Shown here in pieces: positions 26,366 through 38,913 of a DNA stretch of 64,000 nucleotides; positions within the stretch are counted from its first letter, which is position 1; the number at the start of each line of letters is the position of its first letter. The translations under genes and the position numbers were made by a program. Location: NCBI GenBank assembly GCA_004431415.1, contig QPMI01000085.1, forward strand, positions 1-64,000, given 5' to 3'. This stretch comes from Cyanophora paradoxa CCMP329. Its lineage: Eukaryota; Plantae; Glaucophyta. The notes under the pieces are model-generated. The model made no database searches and was not told the origin of the DNA. It worked only from the letters and a program-made list of their open reading frames with translations.

Positions 26366-29300
26366 ATGGGAAATCAGCAGGGCGTGGCGTCCGCCGCCTC
26401 CCGAACCGGCCCGCCACCCGGCTCGGAGCAGATTCCGTGGGGTCCGCTTGCGCCCGCCTCTCAGCCGTGCGCACTGCCGTCGCCGTGTCGCTGACTCGTT
26501 CGAGCTCAGCCGGCGGAACGTATGAGGGCATCGTGCGGAGCGGACAGCCGGACGGTGTACGTGCAGACACGGTTGACCCTAGCGCTGCCCTTACGCCGCC
26601 CTTGCCCGTGCGCAGTTCGGTCAGTGGATTCATCCAGATGGGCGCAAATACGTTGGAGAATGGCGGCAGGGCCGCCGCGAGGGCACGGGCACAATGCACT
26701 ACGGTCAGCAGCGCACCCCGCCGCACGTTAGCTGCTAACCGGTGCAGTTTAGCTACGGGCGACAAATACGAGGGAAGCTGGAGAGACGACCTGGAAGACG
26801 GTGACGGCGTGCATTACCGGCTGAACGGCGAAGTTTTCAAAGGTCCGCGATGCTGTCTGCACGCCCAGTTGGAACTGACCAGCTTTTCGTAGGAACTTGG
26901 AGGGTGCACGCGCTCGAAGTCAATCTTTTTATGCGAAAGCGCTCATGTTGCATTGCTTCTGCAGGCTGGCAAGCGCGTTCAGGGCCAGTCCACGGTTATC
27001 AGCCAGCCTGTGGAGCAAATCTACCAGAACGGGCAGCTTGTTGAGGAACGGAAACGCACCACTGTAAGCCGATAATGCGCAAATAAAAGAACTCTTGGCT
27101 TATCTGTGCGTGCAGGTTCCTGGGGGGTCGTATGTAGGGTGCAATGCACCCCCATGAGAAGGTTTCGCTGCGTAAAGAACCGACTGGCCGAATTATTGCA
27201 GGCCCCTCGATCAATACGGCGAACCCAGCGGTAATGGGACGATATACTACAACGACGGGAGTGTGTACGTAGGGTTTGTCCAGAAAGGGTCCCGTGAAGG
27301 TTCGTGCACATCCACATCAGACCAAGTGGGAGTAGCATATCTCCCAACCTCACGCGAATTTGAATAGGCACCGGTGAGATGGTCTACGCTGGCGGTGGAA
27401 AATACGTCGGAGAGTAAGTTCGCTTTGCTGTGGTTCGCTATCTGACCTGCTCGGGCTTAATTCATGCTTTCCAAGATGGCGAACGAATGTACGGGACGGC
27501 ACGGGGCGGTTCGTTGAATCTTTTCTCAAGCTTGCAGAATTGAAGTTTGTATAGAATGGAGCATGCTAATGGCACCAAGTACTTCGGCACCTGGAGTCGA
27601 GACGCAATGCATGGCAAAGGCACACTGGAGTTCAGGTTCGCTAGCTTGTGCAAATCAGGCAGCGGGTTTTAATTTTCGCCTGCCCAGGGATGGGAGAAAA
27701 TATGAAGGTGGAATGCAGGACAATCAGCCTAGTGGCATTGGTTTTCTCACATACCCAGATGGCTCGAAGTATGAGGGCCAGGTTAGGAAACAATGCTTGC
27801 GGTTTTTTGCGAGACACTGATATTATCGTGCAGTTTCGGGATGGAAGCCGTGAGGGGAAGGGTAAGATGACTTATGCAAACGGCGATATATACGATGTGA
27901 GAGTCCACTGTAAATTTCAGGCCTCTCAGTTGTTCCCTCATATCATCCTTCAGGGTGACTGGGCACGAGACGCCAAGGAAGGCTATGGCCTGTACATAAG
28001 TGAGGTTCGAACAAGAAAGCGCCCGTGGCCTGTTTGCGCGGAACCTCACACGATCATCAGGACGGCCTCCGTTTTGAAGGGACGTACTCAGGGGATAAAC
28101 GCAATGGGCCTGGCGCGATTGTCGATGCCAACGGATCGAAGTGCGCTTTCAAATAATGGAGCCATTTTGCATGCCTTCCATGGCCCCGTGCTTAGACTTG
28201 CTCAGAGCTGTCGGCCAGTGGCGAGATGATCAGCTCCTCGGCCAGGTTTTCCAGAATGTCCGCTCGCCTGTCGGCACTCATCCGTGTGCAGATTGAGATC
28301 GTTTATCCAAGCGGAGCAAAATACCTCGGGGAATGGGGAGGTACCACTGGCCAATCACGTCATGGACGTGGCCGAATGACATACATCAATGGTGCACCTT
28401 GAACAATTTGAGCCGCTGTTTTTTGCAATATCGGAGCTGCTGTTCTAACTTTTGTTTGCTTTTCCACGCAGGCGATGTATACGACGGGGAATGTGAGTCC
28501 GTGTTCTGAAATTCGCAGACTTGGAAGTCAATGTACTCCGTTGTGCAGGGATTGATGATCGGCGTCATGGTCGTGGCCGAATGGTCATATCTGGGCGTCC
28601 AGCAGAGCCAGCCATGTTCAGTGGAAAGAAGGGGGCTGGCCCTTCCACGGGGACTCGGAAGGCTGGTGGCTCACAGAGCGGTCTGGGTGGCAAGAAGGGG
28701 AAGAAAGGCGCTACTCAGTCGTCCAGGTGCCCACATCGATCCTTGTTCTCGCTGGTTTTGCAGTGAACTCGAGCGAAGTGTAACTGGAGTGGATCTCAAC
28801 CGACCGGAGGGTTGGAGCATGCATGGTGAGACTGGATCGGATGCAGAGGGCCCTCTCACTGAGTACGATGGTAATTGCCCCTGCTTTTCATGGCAGTACT
28901 ACGTGTTGTGCCGAACGTTCGTGTGCAGGAGACTGGATGGCGGATGATGCAACTGGTAAGTTGCAGCCACTCCATAGCTGTGTCGATTCATCAAAGTGAT
29001 TTTTGCCCCTCAGGCCAGGGAAAGGTTGTCTATGCCAATGGCGACGTGTACGAAGGCAGTGTCGTAGAGGGACGGCGAACTGGCCGTGGCACTTATCGTT
29101 CACGCACGGGTGCCACAATCACCAGCGATTGGTGGGCTGACACTTTGTTGTTTGCCGAGGTGTGCCAAGTTGCGATTCCTTTGAAAAAAATTTCTTCCTT
29201 GCTCAATTCTTTCAGGTTTCATATCTTGGGCCTGATGGCACACGCTACGATGGCCGCATGCAGGAAAAATCTTCAAACAAGCGTGATCATTGGGTTTTGG

Positions 29301-32300
29301 TTCGTTGTTACGCCGCTTTACTGCTCCATGAGACCAACAATCTGGCAGGTTGAGCCACATGGCCCTGGAAAAGTTACATACGCTGATGGCTCGGCCTACG
29401 AAGGCCATTTCATGAATGGATTGAGACATGGCAAAGGGCAGTGGGTCGACCCTCAGAAGGGTGTGTTTGAAGGCCTGTGGATGAACGACTTGCTTGAGGG
29501 CGATGGAAAGGTATGCACGACCTCATGCAAAACATTCTACTGCAGTCTTCTAAGTGCTTGTTCTGCAGTGGAAAGACAGTTCGGGGTCTCAAGTTTATGA
29601 AGGACCATTCAAGGGATCCGTTCCCCATGGCCAGCGTGCGTTTACTGTACTTTGTTATAAGCACTGCTCTCAGACTCTCTTAGGTGGCAAGCTTGCTGAT
29701 CGTGATGGTCGCGAGTTCGAGGTGATTTTTGAGAACGGACAAATCCGTGATCGCCAAATGGTGCGACGGATGCCAGCCTTGTCAAATGCAGTGTTTTATG
29801 GCAGCACAGATTCTGGACTGGGAAGGGGGCAAGTATGTGGGTGATCTCAACCAGAGCGGGCGTCCTCACGGACGTGGCATTTGGACAAAGCCCTCTCTAT
29901 CTGGAAGAACTCAGCAAGAATATTCAGGCGATGTGAATTCCGTTGCCTTCATGTGGTCCTTGTCGTTTTCCTAACGCTTTTCGTTGCGAACAGTGGCATG
30001 ATGGCATGCGTCATGGCAAGGGGCGCTACTCCTACGAGAACAAGGTTCATCGAATAGAGCACATGGTATTGCATTGTAGTGCGTTCTGACGGGCATGCAG
30101 GATGTTTACGAGGGTGAGTGGCGCGAAAGCAGGAGGTACGGCCGCGGTCAAATGAAATACTGCAACGGTCAGTGGCATTGCAGTATTGACGCATCGTGCT
30201 GTTCGTGTCTGAACTCACTACAGGAGATTTATATGAAGGGGAGTGGGTGAACGATCGCCGTGATGGCTTTGGCTCCATGCGATATGGTGTGTGTGGATCA
30301 TTTTCAGAGCTATCTTTTTCCTTGCTGCAGTCACAGTCCCCGTACAGCTGGGCGGGAGTATTACGAGGGCATGGTCTGTTCAACCTCCAAAATTCTCATG
30401 CTTTGCTGAAACCGTCCTTGTGCAGTGGCGGCAAGACGCACGTGATGGCCGCGGTTTCTATCAGTTCGCAGATGGCCGGGAGTATGATGGCCCTTTCCGA
30501 GCAAACGAGGCACATGGTGCCAACGGCTTTTGCCTGTGGCCCGATGGCGATCTTTGTGCGTCCATTGCTTTCAGATTGCTTTACCTGTCTCTGGTCCCTC
30601 TGTCTTAATCCCCTGTTGCAGACTTTGGCGACTGGGAGAAGAACACTATGCAGGGCATGGGAACGTACTTCTGGCCTGGTGGTAAACAGTACTACGCGGT
30701 AGGTGTTGAGCATGGCTGCGTCTGCAGAACCATGCTCAACCGTGCCGGCTAGGGGCAATGGAAGGCTGGCCAGCGGACAGGCCAGGGGACGCTGACCATT
30801 GGAGAGCGGGATCAAAGAATCCGTTGGGCTCTGCACACAGATGCCCTCAGCGAGTGGCGGGAAGGCCGAAGGCCGCCTGGTCGCATATCAGAGGTCTGGT
30901 TTCTCGGATTCGGTTTGCAATTCGATAGTGATTCTCCCACAGCTGTTCAGGGATCTGCAACGCATGCAAGGTGCCGACCTGCGTGGTGGTGCTCCCAGAG
31001 ACGAGCAGCTGGAGGTGTACAAAGGCATCTGGGTTCGCCGGGTGCTCTTCTCGTCCTTTCTGCAAATTTGATAAATGCGCACAGACGAATGGAGTCCTCG
31101 ATGGAAAGGGCATGTTTCTCAAAGGGTCGTCTCAGTGGGTGCGTGGCATCCTAACTTTCACCAGTGCCAGGGCAGATCGTGTTCGCAGATTTCGGCTGTA
31201 CTTGCAGGGCGCCGCGGCAAAGAAGCCGGGTTCGCTTCAACCTTCGCTGTCTCCTGTCATAATGTGCAGATTGTACTCCAGGGATGTGGGATTCATGTTC
31301 GAGGGCGTATTTCGGCAAGGAAAAAGACTGCAGGGTGAGTCGCCCAACCTTGCCATGGTTTACGTGAATTGATTGCACTTTTGCAGGAACATATACACAT
31401 CGAGATGGTCGATCCGCAACAAAGGTTTGCCCTTCACCCAGCAACTAAAAAACTCGTCGGAGTCAAGCAAAATTGCAGGCGGAATCCACGTCTGGGACGA
31501 TTGAATGGCCCAACGGTGGAAAGTACAAGGGCCAGGCAAGATCGAATTGGGCCCCCGAGTTTCGATGCCAGCTCTTGAACTCCAATTAGATGGAAGATGG
31601 TATCCGTGGAGGCACTGGCACACAAATCTACCCAGATGGCGGCAAGTACGAGGGCTCGTGGCATGAGGTGCGCAAGTAAACGGAGCTGTTATTTTGATTA
31701 CTTTGAACCAAGTTCCCCTCCAGGATGTTCGACATGGGGACGGCAAGCAGACTTACGGAACCAATGCTGAGAGCATGGCTGATGTTATGGTTAGATTGTT
31801 TTGATCTCTGAGTGGCAACCTGTCTTTATTTGCGTCTGCAGGCAAATCGTGCGGGAAAGTCAGCATCAGGCGTGGATCCAACGAGAGCCACACAAAATGC
31901 TGTCTATGTCGGAAAATGGGGTGCGTAGGCACACTCATTTACATCCATGCAGACCTCAACCGCAAACGCAGACAAGCACAAACGGCATGGCTGGGGGAGC
32001 ATGCAGTATGGCAATGGTATGCATGCAACTGACTCGTTACCTTGGACTGTATGACCGAGGGTTGTGTGGAACAGGCGATTTGTACGAAGGTTACTGGAGA
32101 GAAGATGTACGGCATGGCACAGGCACAGTTGTCTATGTTGAAGGTGGGCGCTATGATGGCGAGTTCGTTGACAACCGCAAGGAAGGCATTGGAGCCATGC
32201 GCTACCCGGATGGCTCAGAGTGAGAGCTCTGCTTACTCTTTATCCGGCAAGCACCTGATACCGGTACTTGCTAGATACGAGGGCGACTGGAAAGACAACA

Positions 32301-32889
32301 AGGTGAGCTTTTTTTTCTGAGCTGTGCTCCCGATTGTGAATACCTTGGTCGTAGCGACATGGTTGGGGTGTGATGGTCATGAAAGCTGCTGGCTCACGCT
32401 ATGAAGGAATGTGGTTCGAGAATGCAATGCATGGCCGCGGCATTTGGCGGGGACCTGACAATGCCGAATACATTGGGTACGTGCCTTGCGTGCCTTGTCC
32501 CCAACTGGTCAACTCATCCAGTTGCAGTTCCTTTGTGCAAGGGGCCAAACATGGTGCAAGGGGTCAAACATCTGCGCAAGAAATCTTTCTTACTCCATGG
32601 TGCAGGCTCTGGGCACATTCTCACACCGGAGGGGCGAATCTTCGAAGTTGCATACGATGGTGGCCGCGAAACAGCCAGGTCCGGATAGTAGTTGCATGAC
32701 TGACTCATGCTTGCATTGTCTCACTCGCTTTCTTTCAGGCGCGAGCTGCCAGCAGGGACGCAGATCCCGATCCCTTCAAAAGCAGACATGGCTTCCTTCT
32801 CCATTCCCCCTGCTGCCGCTGCCCAACCCGCAAGCTCTAGAATGGGCACCTCTCAGACAAGCCAGGGTCAACGCCCTGTGTACCGCTGA
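26366..32889 (+). CDS. Large MORN-repeat protein (dozens of short exons; MGN- possible myristoylation)
   Basis: Repeated YEGEW...G.G...Y.NGD.Y motifs throughout; ordered GT-AG introns. Confidence 0.88.
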
Positions 32890-33564
32890 GAAACTAATCG
32901 GTCCAGTGCCCCCCGGGGGGCGTCTCAAATGATGCAATGCGAGAGAGCGCTGGAGCTTGAGGAAAGATTTTTATTTTTGAAGGGCTGTAATTTGAAGCCT
33001 TCACAAGCCTTTGAGCGGGTTGGACTTCGATTTCGATCCAATTACGCTTCAGGTGGACGTCGGTGGTGATAGGACGTGGAGGGGGGTTGGGAGTTCTTGT
33101 ACGAGTGATGTGCACGTGGAGCCTCGGAAGGTACGAGGTACGTATAAGGTTTGAAATCGATATCGATATCGATGAGCGTGCCCGCATGCCGTGTGCAGCA
33201 CGTATGTATGTGCCCGCCGGGCCACACAGCGGGTGCCACGGACCACAGTGGGGCACTGTGGCAGCCACGATGCATTTTCAGATCTAGAATGCGTTTAAAA
33301 AAAATTTTCTGCCGGCGGCAGCCAAGGCATAGGCATAACCCCTGTACATGTTGCGTTCTGAATTCGAAGCTGGCAGTTGCAATTAATGTTGCTGCTCAGC
33401 CTGGCAGTGCTGCTGTGCGATTTATTATAATTGGGGGATCATCATGGCATCATGGCATGACCATCGGACCTTCGAACTTGCAATTGGTGCACGTGCTCAT
33501 TGCCAAGGCCGGCCGCGCGCCGCGCCGGCGCCACGGTGCATGCACACTAGCTATATAGCATGCA

Positions 33565-33821
33565 TACCGTAATGCAGAATATTAAGGTCTGTACTTTATT
33601 ATGTCGTCCCGAAATTATGTCGCCTAAAACTTGACAAAACGACATAATTTGGGGACGTCATAATGGGGCGCGCAATGAGGTATCCCCCAAATTTTACCGC
33701 CAAGCCTGAAAAGTTCATGTCGACATACTATGATAATTTGGGGGCGTCATATTTCGCATAGAGAAGGCTCGGGTTTTAAAACGACATAAATTTGCATGAC
33801 ATAATATTGTGTGTTACGGTA
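33565..33821. mobile_element. MITE, copy 2
   Basis: Same TACCGTAATGCAGAATATTAAGGTCTG start and TTACGGTA end as 6885-7122. Confidence 0.8.
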
Positions 33822-34177
33822 ATGGCAGGGTACTATCAACTGCATTATAATTCTCACGGCTTGATGGTAACTACTATAAACAGCAGGCCACGTTCCCCTG
33901 CTAGGCAAGTGCAATGCATATGTAGTAGGCACACAAGGCTTCCTTCTAGATTCCCCCAGGATCCCCTTGGCAATTAATTTGCGCGATGAATAATTGTTGC
34001 AAGCGCATTTTAAATTTCGATTGACCGTCATGGCCCTGGCGCTCATTATGATCAATCGAGCGTCCGCGAGGGACCATGATTGAGATGCCGAAGATGAGGG
34101 TGAAAATCGGGCAAGCGCACCACATGTACAGTTAACTAACACTTGCCACCCAGGTCTAGTGTGCGACATGGGAAGCG

Positions 34178-34381
34178 CTCTTTCTAAGCTACGGGCGCGC
34201 CGGACCTCCTACCTACAGCGCTTTAACTGTACCCGTGCTGTTTGGGTGAGAGCGTAACCCGCAGGGACTGGTGCCCTGATGGAGAAAAGGGGATGGGAGC
34301 CTAGCCTAGCTACGAGCCGAGCAGGCGCTTCGCGTCCACGCCCGTGCCGTAGCGGATGAAGATGCTCCTGCAAGAGTACGA
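34178..34381 (-). ncRNA. Predicted Fanzor omegaRNA scaffold (element right end); the guide would be read from flank below 34178
   Basis: Directly 3' of the Fanzor stop; conserved in multiple copies with a sharp common boundary; complementary segments GCTACGGGCG / CGCCCGT..CCGTAGC, TACAG/CTGTA, CAGGG/CCCTG. Confidence 0.75.
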
Positions 34382-37300
34382 TTACGATCGCGATCGGGCG
34401 GCGCTGGGAGGGCGAGCCGGCCCTAGGCCTAGACGGAAAATTACGCCGTGGCTGGGCCGTGTCGGGACTAGGCGGGGGGAGCAGCGATTGTGTATAGGCG
34501 TGTATAGACACAACACGCACCGCGCGGCGCCGCCGTCGCGGTCCGCCCGGAAGCCGCACCCGGGGCGGCACTCGAAGACCCTCTTCGAGCCGAGCCCGTA
34601 GTTGATCTTGCCGCACACCCCGCACGTCTTCGAGGTCCAGGCCTCGCAGACGAGCTGGAGCGTGCACGGCGGGTCCTCGTCCTTGGGGTGCCGCCGGACG
34701 GCGTGCTGCATGAGCTGCCGGAACCTGCGCAAAATAAGCATCAAGACCGCGTGGCAGAGGGGGTCGAAACGCAAGACCAGCGTACTCGTAGTGGCGGCAG
34801 TCGAGAGCCTGACGCGCCACCCACGGGAGCATCGCCCGCCCCTTGCGGGCGACCTGCAGGGGAAAGTGAGCGGAATTCCCGGGGCGGGCGCGCCGACAGA
34901 GCTCGCCAACCATCTGGCTGGTGCGGAACTCCGGCGCAATGACCATCCGAGCGTGCCCCGCGAGAAAACTACGTCGCGCGCCGTGCGTGGTTACAAAGAG
35001 TACAGGATTCAGTGATCGGGGCCGCGCACCGAACCCAGCGCCGAATGACCTCCGTCGCCTGGTTGCGCATGCGCGCGTAGCGCCGACGCCCCAGCGCCCG
35101 GAGGTGCCGGCGCGTGCCGTGGCGCGCTGCGCAGAGGGCTCAGCCGCGGAGGGCGCCAAAAAGACCGAAGGGCGGGGGCGCACGGTAGGTCCGCTCTGGC
35201 TTGCCGTAGTAGAGGCTGGGGCAGGGGCAGGCGGGCCGCGGCTCGGCGCGCAAGCCTCTTCTGAAGGTCGGGGGGGCCGACGGCGGCGGCTGCTCGGCGG
35301 CGTGCAGGCCCCTCTCGCCAGGCGCCAGACTCTTCGCCTGTAGCTCCAGCTTCTTCGCCCAGTAGGCCGCCTCCCGTCTCGCCCGATCGGCATCGTGCTG
35401 CCGCATGCGTTCCTCCCTGCGCTCCTTCGCCGCCTCGGAGCCGCGCGGGGGGCGCGGGGGCGGCGGAACGAGGGGCGGCGAGCGGCGCCGCAGAAACCCC
35501 CGGGGGCCCCTGTTGGGCTCCGAGACGCGAGAGGCCCCCCGCGGCGGGGCCCGTGCAGGGGGCGGCGGGGCGGCGGCAGCGGCGGCAGCAAGCGAGGCAC
35601 GAAAATCTTCGAGCGTGCCCTTGCGGGAGTGCGCCCGGTAGCATTTTCCGCACAGCCCTGCTCGCGCACTATCGTCAAAACTGCATCGTAGGCAGGACGA
35701 GGAAAAAGGATCGAGCACCATGGGAATGGTGCGGGGCCTCCTTGTGCGGGCAGTTCACGTTCTTCGAAAATAGCGTTCTCGCCTCCCGCTCGAGGGCCTC
35801 CTTCTCCCCCGCCCGCACAGCGGCCTGCCGGCTCTTCCGCCGCTTCTTCCGCCCCCTCCGCTGCTTGTTACGCCGCCGCCTCCGCCCGGGAGACTGCCAA
35901 CCTCGCACGCCACCACTGCGCCGCCGTCGCTGCTGCTGCTGCTGCAGCTGCTGCTGCTCCCACACGCGGGCATCATCGGAGGCAGCAGGCTGTTGCCGGT
36001 GCTGATGCTGCCGCTGCTGCCGCCGGAGCCGCCGCAGCGCCACACCCGCCTCCTTCGACGACTTGGCCATCGCCTGCTCCGCCCGGCGCAGCTGAGCGTA
36101 CCGCCTGCGGTGCTCCTCGGGCGCAACCTGGGATACGGCGGGACCGTCAATTAACCGAGCCCCATACGGCAGCAACGAGGAGAACCACAGGGAGAGAACC
36201 TTGACGATGATGCCAAGGCTTGGGACGAAGGCCGTCCAGACGGTCTTCACGCCGGGGTCGATGACGACGAGGTCCCACTTCAGCCGGCGGGCCATCTCGT
36301 CCGCAAGAGCCCTCACCGCCCCCGTGCGGTGGCACGTCTTGCTCGCGGCTCGCGTCTCGTTCACGTCGCGGGGGACGCAGAATCTGCGGGCAGCGTCACG
36401 GACGGGGGGAGGCGAAACCGGCGAACCGTGAATAATTCAAAAGGGGGGCGCACCGAATGCCCCCGTCGGGCCCCATCGCGAGCCTCGAGTCGTGGGGGAT
36501 CTTGCCGGGGAGCTTCTTGTAGTCGTGCACCCGCACCATCGTCTCGTCCCTGAGGACCGCCCAGTGCGGCCGCGTGGAGTACTTGCCGGTGCCCGCGCCG
36601 TTGTAGCTCGTCGCTGGAACGATGATGGACAGCCGCCGCGCCTTGACGGAGACCCTCGCCCTGTGGCGACGGGGTGAATCGATAGCGACGGCCCGGGCCA
36701 AAAGGGGACGCGCACTGGAGGCCCTCAAGCGGGTTCCGCCGGGCGACCTGGTTGAGGACCGCGGAGAGCGCCTCCTCGGCTGCCACCGACAGGGTCTTGC
36801 CAAAGACCCTCCACGTCGGGACGATGTCGGCGCACCCCAGCAGACTCCGCTGCGCCGGGTCGAGGCCGTACAGCCAGCGCTCGCGGATGTCGCGCATCGC
36901 CTCGGGCGCGAGGGGCAGCGGCCTCTTCTCCGCCTCTGCGCGCGGCAGCTGCCCCCCCCCCTGGCACCCCTCCCACTCCTGAAGGCACCCGCTTGGTACG
37001 AGGCGCGAGCGACAAGGCGTACCACACAAGGGAGGCGCACCAGGTCCTCGATCTCGTCATCGGAAGGCTGGTTGACGTAGATCGTGCGGATCAACCCCTG
37101 GAGATCACCGCGCCGCCTCTTCAGCATGCCACCGCGCATGCCCGCCGTCCCCATTACCAGCTTGTTCAGCTGCGCGGCCCCCAGCGCGTGAGAGGGAGCG
37201 CCCGAGGCGGGAGCCAGAGGCGAGCACCTCGGGCTCGTGGATGCAGCCGTTCACCACGGCGTCGTACACGAACGCGGCCGCGTTCATCTCGCCCTTGATC

Positions 37301-38079
37301 GCCTCCAGCAGGGGCGGGGCGACGTAGGTGAGGTGGTACACGTCGGTGGCCAGCTGCTCGTTCGAATCTCGCGCCGGCTGGCCGCGGAGGCCGCGGACGC
37401 CGACGAGGTTCGGCTTGGCGGGCGGCGCCGGCACGTCGTCCTTGTCCGGCCCCTCGCTCCCCGCCGCCCCCGCGGCCGCTGCCCCCCCCCGACGTCAGCA
37501 TCAAAACGTTTTCTGACGCCAGCACGGTCTTGTCGAGCTGCAAGGAAATCACAGAAACGCACCCGTCTTCCGCGCGTAGTCCGAGTAGCCCTCGTAGCCG
37601 TGCTTCTTCAGCTTGGCCATGTAGCGCCCCACCTCCTCCGAGGCTCCTTGTCCATCTGCCAGAACTCGACGTTCACCGGCATGCCCTTGGCCTTGGAGAG
37701 GAGCCGCTCGGCCTCCTCGGACAGCTCCGCCACCTCCGCCCAGCTCAGCTTCTTCATCCCGCTCTCGTCCGGCACGGGCGGGATCTGGAGACCGCGTCAG
37801 CGCCTCGAGAAATAGACCCGGCGACGGGGTCATCGCGTGCAGCATACCATCTCGGAGATGCCCCTGGCGCGGTCGTTCTTGGCGCGGTCGCGCGGGCCGT
37901 CGGCGTCGGCGTCCCAGTACTTGACGAGGGCGCCCGACGCCGCCTGGCGGAGCTCGGAGCCGTAGCCCGTGCGCCACACGATGCCCGCGAAGTGGCGACG
38001 GACCTCGCGCACGCCGAACCCCCTTCCAAAAAAACAAAAGGAGGGATCTCAGCCGCGCGGAGGAAGGGGCGCATCGGAG

Positions 38080-38110
<31 letters not shown>

Positions 38111-38808
38111 CGCACAGCCTGAACATCTCGTAGGTCATGAGCCGGGCGATCGGCTCTGCGGCGTGCTCGAGGCGGCAGCGGGGGCAGAACCACCACTTGC
38201 TCCTCGGCCGCTGCGCCTTCTTCTTCTTCTTCTGCCTCTTCTTCTTCTTCTTCTTCTTCTTCTTCTTCTCCTTCTTCTCCGCATCTCCGCCCTGCGCGGG
38301 GGGAAATCAGAGACCCGTGCACGCCCACCGCCCCGTGCGGCTACCTCCTGCTCAGCCCCCTCCTCCTCATCGCTCTCCTCGTCGCCGGCCCCTCCCGCCC
38401 ACTTCATCGCCTCCGCGTCGTCCTCCACCAGCTTGGCGGCAGCCTCGAGGACCTCGCCCAGCGCTTCCTGCACGCCGAGGGGCGCGTGAGCACTCGAAAC
38501 AAGGCGCCTAAGCGGTGAAGGGGCGAGGAAACCTGGACGCGAGTGACGAGGGGCCGGGGGTTGCCGCAGGCCTCGGCGAGGATCGGGTTGAAGCGGCCGA
38601 GGCCTTTGGCCTCGAGCCCCCCGAACAGCAGCGCGTCGCCGGCGCTCTGGTAGCGCGCGCCGGTGTAGAGGTACGCCGGGAAGTTCAGCCCCGCCCGAAG
38701 CGTATGGGCTTGCTCCGCTAAGTGACCGTCGGCATCGTGGACCATGAGGAATGCGCGATCGTGGGTCATGGCCGCGGCGAGGGCCGACTTGAACCCCGTG
38801 CGCCTCAC
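34382..38808 (-). CDS. Fanzor (TnpB-like RNA-guided nuclease), Fanzor2/IS607-type, about 15 introns, 5'-truncated, one apparent frameshift near 37643
   Basis: TnpB-like N-helix (NAAAFVYDAVV), RuvC-I VVIDPGVKT, APEFRTSQMV, RHYEFRQLM, VCEAWTSKTCGVCG...FECRPGCGFRADRDGGAAR. Confidence 0.9.
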
Positions 38809-38913
38809 CTGGAACAGATGTCGGTCGGGCGGGGGGGAGAGGAGGGGAGAGGAGGGGGGGGGGGGGGGGGGAGGGGGCAGGGGGGGGGGTGCGGGGGGGG
38901 GGGGGGGGGGGGG

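Noticed and set aside
34178-34210. Helitron or TIR-transposon interpretation of the element
   Set aside because: No CTRR end with subterminal hairpin, no Rep/Hel, no TIR or TSD; the junctions fit the IS607 type better
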